Positions 29,903-40,775 are shown, counted from the stretch's first letter. The stretch: DNA of 64,000 bases from Sedimentisphaerales bacterium (GCA_963708075.1 OY970194.1:5440001-5504000), one strand, 5' to 3'. Numbers and translations: made by a program. The notes: generated by a model from the sequence alone, not told the origin.

Positions 29903-31648
29903 TCATCGTTTGAATACGAGTCGGCCGTTGAGGTAGGTTCGCAGGACCTGGGTATCCTTGATCGCGTCCTCGGGACACGTGAGCAGATCGGTATCCAGGA
30001 CGATCAAGTCGGCGAATTTGCCGGGTTCGAGCGAGCCGGCGTATTCCTCCTGGAACAGGGCCTGGGCACAGCAGATCGTGTAGAATCGGATGGCCTGTTC
30101 GCGGCTGATCGCCTCTTCCGGGTGCAGTTGCCCGTCGTACCACTTGGCCTGGCGGGTGACAGCGGTCCCCATGGCGAGGAATGGATTGTACGGATTGTTG
30201 GAGCGGAGGGAGCCGACTTTCTGCATGTGATCGGACCCACCGGCCGCAATTCCGCCGGCAAGGAAAATACTACGCAGTGGCTGGAAGTAGCGCAGCCGGT
30301 CATAACCGAAGTGCATTTTCAGGGTCCGGGCATCGAGGTACAGCCACGCCGGCTGAATCAGCGGGATCACGCCGAGGCTTGAGACCTTGTCGATGGACTC
30401 GGGGCTCATGAAATTCGAGTGCGTGATGCAGTGGCGCACCTCCCGGATCGGCGTCGTTCGGTTGATCTCCTCATAGACATCGAGCAGGGCATTGACGGCC
30501 CCGTCGCCAACCGTATGGGCCGTATATTGCAGCCCGCACTCGGTGGCCGTCCGCACAATGGGCAGGAGCCGGTCCTTCGGGATGAACAGGACGCCCCGAT
30601 AGTTCGGGTCGTCGATAGCGTAGATCTTGCTGACGCCCCAGGGCTCTCTCATGTAGGCGCTGCCGGTGAGCATGCCGCCGTCCAGGAAGTTTTTGACTCC
30701 GATAATGCGGAGCATGGGCCCGCCCTTGCGCAGGGGGTGCTGGGCAACCTTCCGGATATTGTCCTGGATATGATTTATCGGACCGATCGTATCGATGTAA
30801 TACTGGGCTGCTACGCGGACCGGCAGATCGTCGCTTTCGAGCATCTTCTTGTATAGTTGCAGATTCCCCTCGCTGGCCGCACCCTCGCAGATGCCGGTGA
30901 TGCCGGCGGAACTGTAGTCCTTCAACAGGGTGAGCAACCTGTCATAGCGGTCTTGCTCGGTGGCCGTTTTGCCTGATGAGTGGCTCTCGATATAGCGATT
31001 GCAGCCGCGCAGGATGCCCGTGGGCTCGCCCGTCTTCGGGTCTTTTTCCGCATAACCCGGGCCGCCGTCGGTGACGCGGAAGTCCTTGTCGATGTGGCTG
31101 AGCTTCAGCGCCAGTGTGCTGAGCGAGGCGTCGGGCCCGGTGCGAAAAACGGCCGGGTTCTGCGGGGCCACCGCGTCCAACTCCTGTCGCGTCGGGTAGC
31201 GCTGCTCGCGGAGGCGCGTAATGAAGACTTGCTGCAGGACGATCCACTGCCCATCTTCCAGGACCTTGGCCCGGCCCTTGAAATAGTTCAGGACATCCGT
31301 GACGGAGTCCATCTGCGGGATGGGATGATCGAACTCGGTCATGGCAGCGTCGCAGGCGTGGACGTGGGTATCGATCAGGCCGGGCAGGACCATCCTGCCT
31401 TTCAGGTCCAGCAGCTCCGTTCCGGCTGTCTTCATGCGCAGGATTTCCTCGTTGCCGCCGACCGCCACGATGCGGCTGCCCCTGACCGCTATCGCCTGGA
31501 CGACGGAGAAGCCGGGATCGACCGTGACGATCCTGCCGTTATGAAGAATCAAGGTAATATCGGACTCACCGGCAAAGGCTACCGACGCGAGGACCATCGA
31601 CAACAGTGCCACCCTGACGCACGAGCGGCCAATGAACGCATTTTTCAT
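29903..31648 (-). CDS. Secreted amidohydrolase (Amidohydro_3/YtcJ-like)
   Basis: PGLIDTHVH, HTVGD, GSD and GSLEPGKFADLIVL motifs. Confidence 0.88.
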   Translation of the reverse strand: MKNAFIGRSCVRVALLSMVLASVAFAGESDITLILHNGRIVTVDPGFSVVQAIAVRGSRIVAVGGNEEILRMKTAGTELLDLKGRMVLPGLIDTHVHACDAAMTEFDHPIPQMDSVTDVLNYFKGRAKVLEDGQWIVLQQVFITRLREQRYPTRQELDAVAPQNPAVFRTGPDASLSTLALKLSHIDKDFRVTDGGPGYAEKDPKTGEPTGILRGCNRYIESHSSGKTATEQDRYDRLLTLLKDYSSAGITGICEGAASEGNLQLYKKMLESDDLPVRVAAQYYIDTIGPINHIQDNIRKVAQHPLRKGGPMLRIIGVKNFLDGGMLTGSAYMREPWGVSKIYAIDDPNYRGVLFIPKDRLLPIVRTATECGLQYTAHTVGDGAVNALLDVYEEINRTTPIREVRHCITHSNFMSPESIDKVSSLGVIPLIQPAWLYLDARTLKMHFGYDRLRYFQPLRSIFLAGGIAAGGSDHMQKVGSLRSNNPYNPFLAMGTAVTRQAKWYDGQLHPEEAISREQAIRFYTICCAQALFQEEYAGSLEPGKFADLIVLDTDLLTCPEDAIKDTQVLRTYLNGRLVFKR

Positions 31649-31669
31649 ACTTTGGCTCCCGAACCAATT

Positions 31670-31748
31670 GGGTGCTATGCTTACGCTCGCATAAGCATGT
31701 CTTGCCCATCGAATCGAACATGTCTACGCAAGCGTAGACATGGCACCC
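31670..31748 (+). repeat. Palindromic repeat family B (79 bp, terminal IR GGGTGCCATG with two internal hairpins)
   Basis: Four same-length copies: 31670-31748, 44498-44576 (inverted), 49741-49819 and 51181-51259. Confidence 0.9.
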
Positions 31749-32004
31749 GGCGCGGTGCCCGCAGGACATTGCACACCATGCACCGGGCCATGTCAATCCT
31801 GCAATCTGTGCCAAGTCCGTTATAGGTCCACACGTCGCGTTCCACCAATCCCCCCTTGACATTGGGGGGATGAATGGTCCCGAAATGCCTAAAGTCGCGT
31901 CCGGAACGGCCGAAAGAAGGGGAACGGGTCCGTTGTCTCGTCATGCGCGATGCCTGGGTGTCACGCACCGCGCACGGCGACCGGACAAGTATTAGGAGTG
32001 CCTG

Positions 32005-33849
32005 ATGCAAGCGAATGGGCCTGTAATGGGACGGCTGTCGGCCGCACGTAGAGACCTTCTGCGCGGCGACTCCTGGTTTGCCGTGCTTATCTTCGCCGTG
32101 GTCGGCGTGTTCATGTTCAGCCTCTTCGCGTCGGTCTGGAACAGCATCACGTTCCAGCGGGACGTGCGCAAGAAGGCCGGCGTGCAGCACCTTAAGGCGG
32201 TGGGGACCGTGCTGGCCAAAGCGTCGGAGGCGTTGATGACCGTCAATGAGCTCTCGATGCTTCGGCGGGTGCTCGTCGAGGCCGGCACAGAGCACAAGCT
32301 GAGATTCTGCCGGATCGTGCTGCCCGACGGCGGGGTGCTGGCCGACGCGGACCCCACGGGCATTACCGTGCTTCAGTTGCCTGCATCCTGGGCGGATGAG
32401 GTCTCGCGGCCGACGGAGGACGTCAAGAAGAAGGTCGCGACTCTTACGTTTCCCTTGATTGTCACCAACCGTGGAAGCGCCACGCTGGAGCTTTCGGGGT
32501 CACTCGATAGACAGGTGGAGGGCTCTCTGACGCCTCAGACGGCCCAGATGGCCATTGCGTGCCTGGCGCTGGCCAGCATGCTGCTGGTCCACCGTCACGC
32601 GCGGTTCCGGCTGAAGGCCATCGGGGCCATTCAGGAGATCCTGCTGGCCGCCAAGGACGAGAGCTCGGACCTCTCGACGCTGGAGTTGGATCCGAAACTG
32701 GGTGTCGAGGCGGTGGCCTGGAACCGGCTGCTGGGTGAGCGGCAGAACGTGCAGGTCAGCACGGCGATCCAGCAGGTGCGCGATATGGTGCACGAGAAGT
32801 CCGGCACGGCGGGAGAACTGACGGCCGCCTTTGACGCCGTCCCGTACGGGCTGGTCTTTGTGAACGACCGGATGCAGGTGGAGCACGCCAACGGCGGCGC
32901 CGCGGTGCTCCTGCAGAAGGAGCGGGCCCAAATGGTGCGCGCGGATATCTCCAGCGTGATCAGCGACGAGGGTGTGCTTGCGGGCGTGCGCGACATCCTG
33001 GCCAGTTCCACATCGAAGCGCCTGGTCATTGCCGCCGAGCAGGGCGGGTCCATGGCCAAGGGCGTGCTGAAGTACACCATCTGCCCGGTCCGGCGCGACG
33101 ACTCGCGTTTCGGACTGATCGCCATCGAGGACATTACGCAGCAGAGGGTGGCGGAGGCGGCGATGAATAGCTTCCTGGCCAAGGCGGCACACGAGCTGCG
33201 CACGCCGCTGACGAACGTCCGGCTGCTCGTCGAGGACGCCCTGGAGCGGTGCCAGGAGGACCCGACCTCCACGGGCAAGACCCTCAACGTGATCAACGAG
33301 GAGACGCAGCGCCTGGAGCGTACGGTGAACGAGATTCTCTCCGCTTCGCAGATCGAGGCGGGCTGCTTCGAGCTGCGCAACGACGACGTGCACATAGACC
33401 AGTTGCTCCAGCAGCTCAAGGCCGATCATGACCCGCAGGCGAAGGAACGCAAGATCACCCTGGAGTTCGAGCTGCCGCCCAAGCTCCCCGTTCTCCAGGC
33501 GGACCGTGACAAGATTTCCCTGGTGCTGCACAACCTGCTGGGCAACGCCCTGAAGTACACGCTGGAGGGCGGCCGCACCGTCGTTACCGCGACCGTGGAG
33601 AAGGGCCGGCTGAACGTCGCCGTTGCCGATACGGGCATCGGGATCGGCGCCGACGAGCACGAGCGGGTCTTCGAAAAGTTCTATCGGTGCAAGAACCCGC
33701 TGGCCGCCGATGTTAAGGGATCGGGCCTGGGTCTGGCGATCGCACGCGACGTGGCCAGGCTTCATGGCGGCGACATCACCCTGGAATCGGAGCTGGGCAA
33801 GGGCAGCACGTTCACCCTGACGCTGCCGATTGTCGAGGAGACCGCGTGA
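32005..33849 (+). CDS. Membrane PAS-domain sensor histidine kinase
   Basis: Two TMs; PAS-like region; H box AHELRTPL; N box NLLGNALKY; G1 DTGIGI; G2 GSGLGL. Confidence 0.92.
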   Translation: MQANGPVMGRLSAARRDLLRGDSWFAVLIFAVVGVFMFSLFASVWNSITFQRDVRKKAGVQHLKAVGTVLAKASEALMTVNELSMLRRVLVEAGTEHKLRFCRIVLPDGGVLADADPTGITVLQLPASWADEVSRPTEDVKKKVATLTFPLIVTNRGSATLELSGSLDRQVEGSLTPQTAQMAIACLALASMLLVHRHARFRLKAIGAIQEILLAAKDESSDLSTLELDPKLGVEAVAWNRLLGERQNVQVSTAIQQVRDMVHEKSGTAGELTAAFDAVPYGLVFVNDRMQVEHANGGAAVLLQKERAQMVRADISSVISDEGVLAGVRDILASSTSKRLVIAAEQGGSMAKGVLKYTICPVRRDDSRFGLIAIEDITQQRVAEAAMNSFLAKAAHELRTPLTNVRLLVEDALERCQEDPTSTGKTLNVINEETQRLERTVNEILSASQIEAGCFELRNDDVHIDQLLQQLKADHDPQAKERKITLEFELPPKLPVLQADRDKISLVLHNLLGNALKYTLEGGRTVVTATVEKGRLNVAVADTGIGIGADEHERVFEKFYRCKNPLAADVKGSGLGLAIARDVARLHGGDITLESELGKGSTFTLTLPIVEETA

Positions 33850-33850
33850 C

Positions 33851-34186
33851 ATGGAGCTACTGACGCAACAGCGAGGGGCCGTCGTGATCGTGCGGCCGAT
33901 GGGCCCGCTGACCAGCGCGGACGCGGAACCATTCAAGACGAAGGTTCGCGAGCTGATCCGGGAGAACCTGGGCCGTGTCGTGATCGACGCCTCGGCCCTG
34001 CCCTACGTGGACAGTGGCGGCCTGGAATCGCTGGCGGACGTGGCGGCCGAGCTGGCCCAGGGCGGCAAGGGACTGAAGGTCTGTGCCGCCAATCCGACGA
34101 TCCGGCAGGTGATCGAGCTGACCGGGCTGGCCCCCCAGTTCGAGCACTTTGACGACGCAAACTCGGCGGTGAGGAGCTTCCTGTGA
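33851..34186 (+). CDS. STAS domain protein (anti-sigma antagonist-like)
   Basis: VVIDASALPYVDSGGL and IELTGL motifs; 111 aa. Confidence 0.88.
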   Translation: MELLTQQRGAVVIVRPMGPLTSADAEPFKTKVRELIRENLGRVVIDASALPYVDSGGLESLADVAAELAQGGKGLKVCAANPTIRQVIELTGLAPQFEHFDDANSAVRSFL

Positions 34187-35949
34187 CCGTACGCGTGGCC
34201 GAATCCCGCTTTGGAGAGACACTCGTCGCGCAGGGCATCATTACCCAGGAGCAGCTCGACGGCATTCTGCTCGAGCAGAGGGCCAACGGCGGGCTCATCG
34301 GCGAGATGCTCGTCGCGCAGGGCATCGTGGATAGCTCCCGCATGCTCCAGCACCTGGCGGACCAGCTTGGCGTGCCGTTCTGCCAGTTGCGTCACGGGCT
34401 CGTGGATTTCTCCCTGCTCTCGTTGGTCAGTCCGGAGGAAGCGGAACGGCTTGAAGCTATTCCGATGTTCAAGGTCCACGACACGCTGACCGTCGCCATG
34501 GCGGAGCCGCAGTCGCTGCCGAGGATCGACAGGCTGCGCCAGTTGACCCACTGCAAAATCCGCCCCGTCCTGGCGTCACGCGCGAACATCCTTGAATACA
34601 TTCGCAAATACGCCTCCGGCAACACCGACGTGCACACGTTCCTCGCCTCGCTGAGCGAGAGCGAGGTGCAGGTTGTGGAGAGAGAGTCGGTGGACGACGG
34701 GCCGGCGACGGACCTGGACAAGATGGTCGAGGGCAGCCCGATCATCAACCTGGTGAACGTGGCGCTGCTGACGGCGATCAAGGACGGGGCCAGCGACATT
34801 CATATCGAGCCGGACAAGCAGGGGACACGCGTTCGCTACCGTATCGATGGCGTGCTGCGCGACCTGATGAAACCGCCGACGGGCCTTCACGCCGCCATCG
34901 TCTCGCGCGTCAAGGTCATCGGCCGGATGGACATCGCGGAGAAGCGGCTCCCGCAGGAGGGCCGCGTGCGGATCGTGGCGGAGGGCCGGGACATCGACCT
35001 TCGCGTCTCCAGCATGCCGACGCTGCTCGGCGAGAAGATCGTCCTCCGAATTCTCGACAAGGCCAACCTGAAGATCCGCATGGAGGACCTGGGCTTTCGG
35101 CGCGACACGCTGCAGGGCTTCGAGCGGATGCTGAGGCAGCCCTACGGCCTGGTCCTCGTGACGGGCCCGACCGGCAGCGGCAAGACCACGACCTTGTACT
35201 CGGCGCTGGACCTGATCCGCGGTCCCGAGGTCAATGTGATGACCGTCGAGGACCCGGTGGAGTACCAGCTCGACCTGGTCAACCAGATCCAGGTCCACGA
35301 GGCGATCGGGATGACGTTCGCCCGCGCGTTGCGAAGCATTCTGAGGCAGGACCCGGACATCATCATGGTGGGCGAGATCCGCGATGAGGAGACGGCGCGC
35401 GTGGCGGTGCAGGCGGCCCTGACCGGGCACGTGGTGCTGGCGACGCTGCATACGAACGACGCGCCCGGGGCGGTGGCCCGGCTATTGGATATGGGCATCG
35501 AGCCGTACCTGCTTTCCAGCGCCCTCAACGGCGTGGTCGCGCAGCGGCTGGCCCGAACGATCTGCCCGAACTGCGCCGCCAAGTACATCCCGGCGATGAC
35601 CGTGCTGCGGGACGCGGGGCTGGCGGACAAGCCGGGACGGCCCTTCCGCAAGGGCGCCGGCTGCAAGGAATGCCACAACTCGGGCTTCCGCGGCCGCGCC
35701 GGCATTTACGCGGTCATGGAAGTGACTACCGAGCTGCGAAAGCTGATTCACCGGGCGGCCCCCACGCACGAGCTTCGCGACGTGCTTCGAAAGAGCGGCG
35801 TGCTGACGCTCCGGGAGGAGGGAGTCTTGCTGGCCCTGGACGGCAAGACATGCCTGGAGGAGGTCCTCGCCACCACGCACAGCGAGGACACGAACGTCGA
35901 TGAGCCCAAGCCGGCGGCGGCCGTGACTGTGCCTTCGGAGGCCGTATGA
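34183..35949 (+). CDS. gspE: Type IV pilus/T2SS assembly ATPase (GspE/PilB) with MshEN-like N-terminus
   Basis: ASDIHIEP, GPTGSGKTT, TVEDPVEY, LRQDPDIIMVGEIRD, TLHTN; tetracysteine CPNC/CKEC. Confidence 0.93.
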   Translation: MTVRVAESRFGETLVAQGIITQEQLDGILLEQRANGGLIGEMLVAQGIVDSSRMLQHLADQLGVPFCQLRHGLVDFSLLSLVSPEEAERLEAIPMFKVHDTLTVAMAEPQSLPRIDRLRQLTHCKIRPVLASRANILEYIRKYASGNTDVHTFLASLSESEVQVVERESVDDGPATDLDKMVEGSPIINLVNVALLTAIKDGASDIHIEPDKQGTRVRYRIDGVLRDLMKPPTGLHAAIVSRVKVIGRMDIAEKRLPQEGRVRIVAEGRDIDLRVSSMPTLLGEKIVLRILDKANLKIRMEDLGFRRDTLQGFERMLRQPYGLVLVTGPTGSGKTTTLYSALDLIRGPEVNVMTVEDPVEYQLDLVNQIQVHEAIGMTFARALRSILRQDPDIIMVGEIRDEETARVAVQAALTGHVVLATLHTNDAPGAVARLLDMGIEPYLLSSALNGVVAQRLARTICPNCAAKYIPAMTVLRDAGLADKPGRPFRKGAGCKECHNSGFRGRAGIYAVMEVTTELRKLIHRAAPTHELRDVLRKSGVLTLREEGVLLALDGKTCLEEVLATTHSEDTNVDEPKPAAAVTVPSEAV

Positions 35950-37175
35950 AACTGGCCTACAAAGCCTTCGATGGAACCGGAAAGACTGCCACGGGCATCA
36001 TCGAGGCGGATGACTCCATGACGGCGACGGAGACGCTGCGCCGCAGGGGCCTGTACGTCGCCGAGGTGATCGAGCAGAAAATGACGGTGGCCAGGCGGCA
36101 GTCGGGCCGGCGGCAGCGGCACATCTCCCGCAGCCAGAAGCTCAAGAGCATCGCCATGTTCTCCCGCCAGCTTAACGTGCTGATCTCCTCGGGAACGCAG
36201 ATCGTCGATGCGCTGCGTGCGGTGGAACGCCAGGCCCGGCCCGGACCATGGCGAGACGTCATCGACAGCCTGCGAACACGCGTGGAGGAGGGAGCCTCGC
36301 TGTCCGAGGCGATGCAGGATCACCACAACTATTTCGACGCGATCTACTGCAACCTGGTCGCCGCCGGAGAGTCCAGCGGACACCTGCGCGAGATGTTCGA
36401 CCGCCTGGCGCTGCTCAAGCAGAAGCAACTGAAGATCCGCAACTCGATCCTCGGGGCGATGATCTATCCCTGCATGCTCGTGACACTCGGGTTGTCCATC
36501 TTCGTCGGGCTGCTGCTCTTCGTCATTCCCCGGTTCTCGACCTTGTTCGAGACGATGGGTGTGCCGTTGCCCTCGAGCACCGCGGCGCTGTTGCACATCA
36601 GCACGGCGTTTCGCCACTTCTGGTGGGCGATCCTCCTGCTGCTCGGTGGAACGGTTTTCGGTGTGCGCTACTATCTGCGAACGCCCCGGGGCCGACGGTT
36701 CCGCGACGTGCTGGTCCTTCGCCTGCCATACCTCGGCCGCGTCGCCAGGAGTCTGTCGAGCGCCCAGACCATCTCTCTTCTGGGCGCGCTGCTGGACGCG
36801 AAGATTCCCGTGCTGGAAGCCCTGCGCCTGGTGCGGGGCACCGCGAGAAACGTCCTGTACCAGGAGCTGATCATGCAGGCGGAGGAATACGTGTCCAGAG
36901 GCGAGCCGATGAGCCAGGCCTTCGCGGACACTCCGCTGTTCACTCCGTCGATCTACGAGGCCATACGCAGCGGCGAGCACAGCGGCGAGATTGACCAGTT
37001 GCTGCTCCATGTCTCGAGCTTTCTGGATGAGGAGAACGAGACCATCCTCCGCTCGCTGACCAGCATCATCGAGCCGGTGATTCTGATCGTCATGGGCATC
37101 CTCGTCGGGCTGATCGCCGTCTGCATGTTCCTGCCCCTGTTCGATCTGACGGCAATGACACAAGGACAAACATAG
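35946..37175 (+). CDS. gspF: Inner-membrane platform protein (GspF/PilC)
   Basis: AGESSG, AMIYP, SGEHSG, IEPVILIVMG..MFLPLF motifs. Confidence 0.92.
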   Translation: MKLAYKAFDGTGKTATGIIEADDSMTATETLRRRGLYVAEVIEQKMTVARRQSGRRQRHISRSQKLKSIAMFSRQLNVLISSGTQIVDALRAVERQARPGPWRDVIDSLRTRVEEGASLSEAMQDHHNYFDAIYCNLVAAGESSGHLREMFDRLALLKQKQLKIRNSILGAMIYPCMLVTLGLSIFVGLLLFVIPRFSTLFETMGVPLPSSTAALLHISTAFRHFWWAILLLLGGTVFGVRYYLRTPRGRRFRDVLVLRLPYLGRVARSLSSAQTISLLGALLDAKIPVLEALRLVRGTARNVLYQELIMQAEEYVSRGEPMSQAFADTPLFTPSIYEAIRSGEHSGEIDQLLLHVSSFLDEENETILRSLTSIIEPVILIVMGILVGLIAVCMFLPLFDLTAMTQGQT

Positions 37176-37186
37176 GCGTACTGACT

Positions 37187-38251
37187 ATGCGGATAGCTCG
37201 TCCATCGCGAACGGTCATCGGCCTGGACATCGGCCGGCGGACCATCAAGGCGGCGCAGTTGGCGCCGTCCGAAGGCGGATACCAGGTGTCCGCCCTGTCG
37301 CTGCTGCCGCGCCCGGAGCCGGAGAAGGGACTGTCCCGGGCCGACGCTGCGGCATTCCGAAAGGTCCTCGCCCGGCAGGGGTTCAGCGGCAAAAAGATTG
37401 TGGTCGCCGCGCCGGAGGAGCGCCTCGTGCGGGCCGCCCTGGAGCTGCCTTCCAAGGTCGCCGGCGCTCCCGTCGGGCAGATCGTGCGAATGGAGCTGTC
37501 ACGCCTGCACAACATCGCGCCGGATTCCTTTGAAATGACCTACTGGGAATGGCGGACTCCGGACGGGGCTAAGCCGATCACCCGGACCCTGGCGATTGGA
37601 TGTCCCCACGACGCGGCCAACGGGATCCTGGATCTCTTTGAGGTGGAGGGGTTCGACGTGGTCGCGCTGGACGCGCGAAGCGCAGCGACGGGGCGGGCCT
37701 GCGAGCCGCTCCTGTTGCCTGCCCCGCAGATCACGGCGATCGCGGATCTGGGCTGGTGCTCGACCAGCGTGCTGTTCGTATGCGGCCGCTCGCTCCTCTA
37801 CGAGAGGGTCCTGGAGGGGATCTCCATGGCCGAGCTGACGGGCAAGCTGACGGAAGTGTTCGGCATCACGTTGGAGGCCGCACAGCAGGTCGCCAATTCC
37901 GTCGGCCTCACCACGGACCAGCCGACTGGCGGCATCGACCGCGAGACGCTGGATGCCGTCGGCAAGCATCTTCGAAGCCACTTCGATAAGCTGCTCGATG
38001 AGCTGAAGGCGCCGTTCTCGTACGTGAACCATCAGTTCCCCGGGGAGGGGGTGAAGCGGCTGTTGTTGATCGGAGGCGGAGCAGCGGTCCCTCAGCTTTC
38101 CTCCTACATGCAGGGCCGGCTCAAGATTGACGTCCGGACCGCGGGACCGAGCGATCTGGCGAGCAGCCCGGTCGGACTGTTGGCCAAGGCGGGCAATCCG
38201 GCCATGACGATTGCGGTAGGCCTGGCGCGATTTGGAGGAGCCGGGGAATGA
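37187..38251 (+). CDS. pilM: PilM-like pilus assembly protein (actin-like fold)
   Basis: IGLDIG..IKAAQL, ADLG, LIGGGA, AVGLA; position in operon. Confidence 0.85.
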   Translation: MRIARPSRTVIGLDIGRRTIKAAQLAPSEGGYQVSALSLLPRPEPEKGLSRADAAAFRKVLARQGFSGKKIVVAAPEERLVRAALELPSKVAGAPVGQIVRMELSRLHNIAPDSFEMTYWEWRTPDGAKPITRTLAIGCPHDAANGILDLFEVEGFDVVALDARSAATGRACEPLLLPAPQITAIADLGWCSTSVLFVCGRSLLYERVLEGISMAELTGKLTEVFGITLEAAQQVANSVGLTTDQPTGGIDRETLDAVGKHLRSHFDKLLDELKAPFSYVNHQFPGEGVKRLLLIGGGAAVPQLSSYMQGRLKIDVRTAGPSDLASSPVGLLAKAGNPAMTIAVGLARFGGAGE

Positions 38252-38865
38252 ACGATGTGAATCTTATACCCGCCGAACGGCTGGCCGCCAAGCGCCGCAA
38301 GGCGAGAATCTACTTGTGGGCGGTGACGTGCACAGCGTACATCGTTCTGCTGGCGGCAGGTTCGCTGGCCGCTTGTGTGTTCTGCCCCGGCCGGGATAGC
38401 GATCTGGCGGACCAGCTTGCCGCGGCCGCAGAGCAGATCAAGCAGGACAACAAGGCCATGCTGGAGCTGCGCAGGACACTGGCGGAAACGACCGCCGCAA
38501 TGGAAACTACACGGGCCATCCGCGAGCAGCCCGACTGGAGCAGGTTGCTGGCCGGACTGTCGCACGAGCTCGGCCAGGAGCTTGTCCTCACGCGCTGGCA
38601 GCTCGTGGCCACGAGGGAGGACGGCAAGGCTCTCACGGAACCCTGGACTGAGGCCCTTCTGGCCAAGCCGCTGCTCTCGCTGGTGACCACGCACCGATAC
38701 CAGTTGGTGCTCCAGGGTTTCGGCCAGACCCAGGAGTCGGTTTCCCGGTTTGCCCTGGGTCTGGAAGGGATCGGATTGTTCGAGCGGGTCCGGCTTATCA
38801 ATAGTTGCCGCCAGACATTTCTCAGCGGCCAGGCGGTGGCGTTTACGATCGAGTGTGGTTTTTAG
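38248..38865 (+). CDS. pilN: PilN-like protein
   Basis: VNLIP N-terminal motif, single TM, coiled coil. Confidence 0.78.
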   Translation: MNDVNLIPAERLAAKRRKARIYLWAVTCTAYIVLLAAGSLAACVFCPGRDSDLADQLAAAAEQIKQDNKAMLELRRTLAETTAAMETTRAIREQPDWSRLLAGLSHELGQELVLTRWQLVATREDGKALTEPWTEALLAKPLLSLVTTHRYQLVLQGFGQTQESVSRFALGLEGIGLFERVRLINSCRQTFLSGQAVAFTIECGF

Positions 38866-38877
38866 AGGACATGCATC

Positions 38878-39465
38878 GTGCGTCGGATGTTTCCAGAGCG
38901 CTATAGCCGTTTGAAGATCGATGCAGCCGGAGTCGGCCTGTGTGCGGCGGCGTCGCTGCTGTTCTACTGGCTGACCATCCAGCCGTTTCTCCAGGGGCAG
39001 TCTCTCGCGGCCGAGCAGCGAAACGAGCTGAAAGCCCGCCAGGGCAAGACGGCCGAGTTCAAAGCGGCTATCGCCGACGTCCGGGCGCGGGTGACCGCCG
39101 TGCAGACGGACCTGGCGGCAAGCTCCATCCAGCTCGAGCCGGCGGCGCACATCAACAGACGCGTGGCCGGCCTGACGCAATTGTTCTCCGATTGCGAGCT
39201 GGACGTGGATGACGTGCAGACGGGACGTCTTTACAACGGCGTGCAGTATGATCTGGTTCCGATAACTGTTCTGGGGCGCGGGCCGTATGGACAGTGCGTC
39301 AAATTCTTCCGTGGGCTTCGCTCGCAGTTCCCGGATATGAGCATAGCTCGAATCGAGCTTTCCGGCAACGTCGCGAAGAAGGCGGAGGAAGGGACATTCC
39401 AGTTCGACTTACTCTGGTATGCCGCCCCGGACTCCGTCGCGCAGAAGGTCACGAGCGGTACATAA
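38878..39465 (+). CDS. pilO: PilO-like protein
   Basis: Single TM, coiled coil, ferredoxin-like C-terminus (VPITVLGRGPY); follows pilN. Confidence 0.7.
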   Translation: MRRMFPERYSRLKIDAAGVGLCAAASLLFYWLTIQPFLQGQSLAAEQRNELKARQGKTAEFKAAIADVRARVTAVQTDLAASSIQLEPAAHINRRVAGLTQLFSDCELDVDDVQTGRLYNGVQYDLVPITVLGRGPYGQCVKFFRGLRSQFPDMSIARIELSGNVAKKAEEGTFQFDLLWYAAPDSVAQKVTSGT

Positions 39466-39482
39466 GACGCAACGCTGGAGAA

Positions 39483-40013
39483 ATGACGGCAATGGCTTTG
39501 ACAAAACGTCAAAAGACACTCATAGCGGTTTTCTTCCTGGGCCTCATCGGCCTGGGGGTGGATCGCGTTTTCCTTCGTCCACAGGGCGGCCCTGATGCGG
39601 CGTCCGCCGATTCGTCCGATAATTATGCCGTGCCCCTCTCGCCGGCCCGGGAGGCTCCCTCCCCGGCTGCGGAGGCGCAGGACCCGGGCGTGGGCGAGCG
39701 GTTGGAACAGATCTGGCCGGACCGCGAACTGAACACTGTGGAGGCAAGGGACCCCTTCTCTCTGGCCGGCTCATGGTCTGACGGCAAGGCGACCGGGCCC
39801 TCCGCCACGCCGGAGTCCGCGGAAGCGTTCGCCAGGGCCCATCCGCTTGCGGCGGTTGTCGTCTCCGGCCGGCAGTCCTATATCTCGATCGACGACCGCA
39901 TCCTGAAACTGGGAGAGCAGATCGAAGGGTACACACTCGTCTCGGTAGGGACAAAGTCCGCGGTCTTCGAGCGGCAGGGAGAACGCATCGTCCTGGAGTT
40001 GCTGAGTAAGTAG
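39483..40013 (+). CDS. PilP/GspC-like accessory protein
   Basis: TM, Pro-rich linker, RDPF motif, IDDRILKLGEQIEGYTLVSV. Confidence 0.6.
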   Translation: MTAMALTKRQKTLIAVFFLGLIGLGVDRVFLRPQGGPDAASADSSDNYAVPLSPAREAPSPAAEAQDPGVGERLEQIWPDRELNTVEARDPFSLAGSWSDGKATGPSATPESAEAFARAHPLAAVVVSGRQSYISIDDRILKLGEQIEGYTLVSVGTKSAVFERQGERIVLELLSK

Positions 40014-40100
40014 ATTTACTTAAGTGCCTTTGCGATTGTGTCGATACCTGGGAAGTCGAGGAGAGTTCCAACAAAGTAGACGTGCTTAGGAGAAATACGC

Positions 40101-40577
40101 ATGAGAGAGCGCAGACGCACAATGAGAGATGGATTCAGCTTGCTTGAGGTAGTCATCGTGGTTGCCATCATCGCGATTCTGGCGGCGATCGGCATTCCGC
40201 GCATGAGCCGGGGCTCCAAGGGCGCCAACGATTCCGCGCTGAGCGGGGACCTGGCGGTGCTCCGTAATGCGATCGACCTTTACGCGGCCGAGCACGGCGG
40301 CGCCATGCCGGACGCGGCCACCATCGCGGATCAACTGATCAAGTACACGAATGCAAGCGGCGGCACCAGTGACACCAAGGACGCTGCGCACATCTATGGC
40401 CCCTACATTCGAAAGATTCCGCCGCTGCCCGTGGGAGCCAAGAAGACCAAGAGCGGCATTTCCGACGTCACCGGCGCCGAGATCGGGTGGATCTATACTG
40501 CCAGTACCGGGAACATCAAGGCCAATACGACGGCCACCGAGTTGGATGACGCGAGCGTCCTGTACAGCGATTATTGA
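40101..40577 (+). CDS. Major (pseudo)pilin, GspG/PilA-like
   Basis: G|FSLLEVVIVVAIIAILAAIGIP N-methylation motif with a short basic leader. Confidence 0.88.
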   Translation: MRERRRTMRDGFSLLEVVIVVAIIAILAAIGIPRMSRGSKGANDSALSGDLAVLRNAIDLYAAEHGGAMPDAATIADQLIKYTNASGGTSDTKDAAHIYGPYIRKIPPLPVGAKKTKSGISDVTGAEIGWIYTASTGNIKANTTATELDDASVLYSDY

Positions 40578-40775
40578 GCCGGCATAGAACCCTTCGCGCG
40601 GATGGATGCCAGGGTTTCACGGCTCCTGAAGCTTGTGCCCGGTTGATATCAGCTTGAGTCGGGCTGCTGCCGAAGTCATCGGCAGCGGCCCGATCCTCAT
40701 TCTCGGACAGGGTATCCTCCACGTTCACGGGCAGGCCCGTACCCCTCCAAAGATCCGCCAATACGCAGGAACCCA

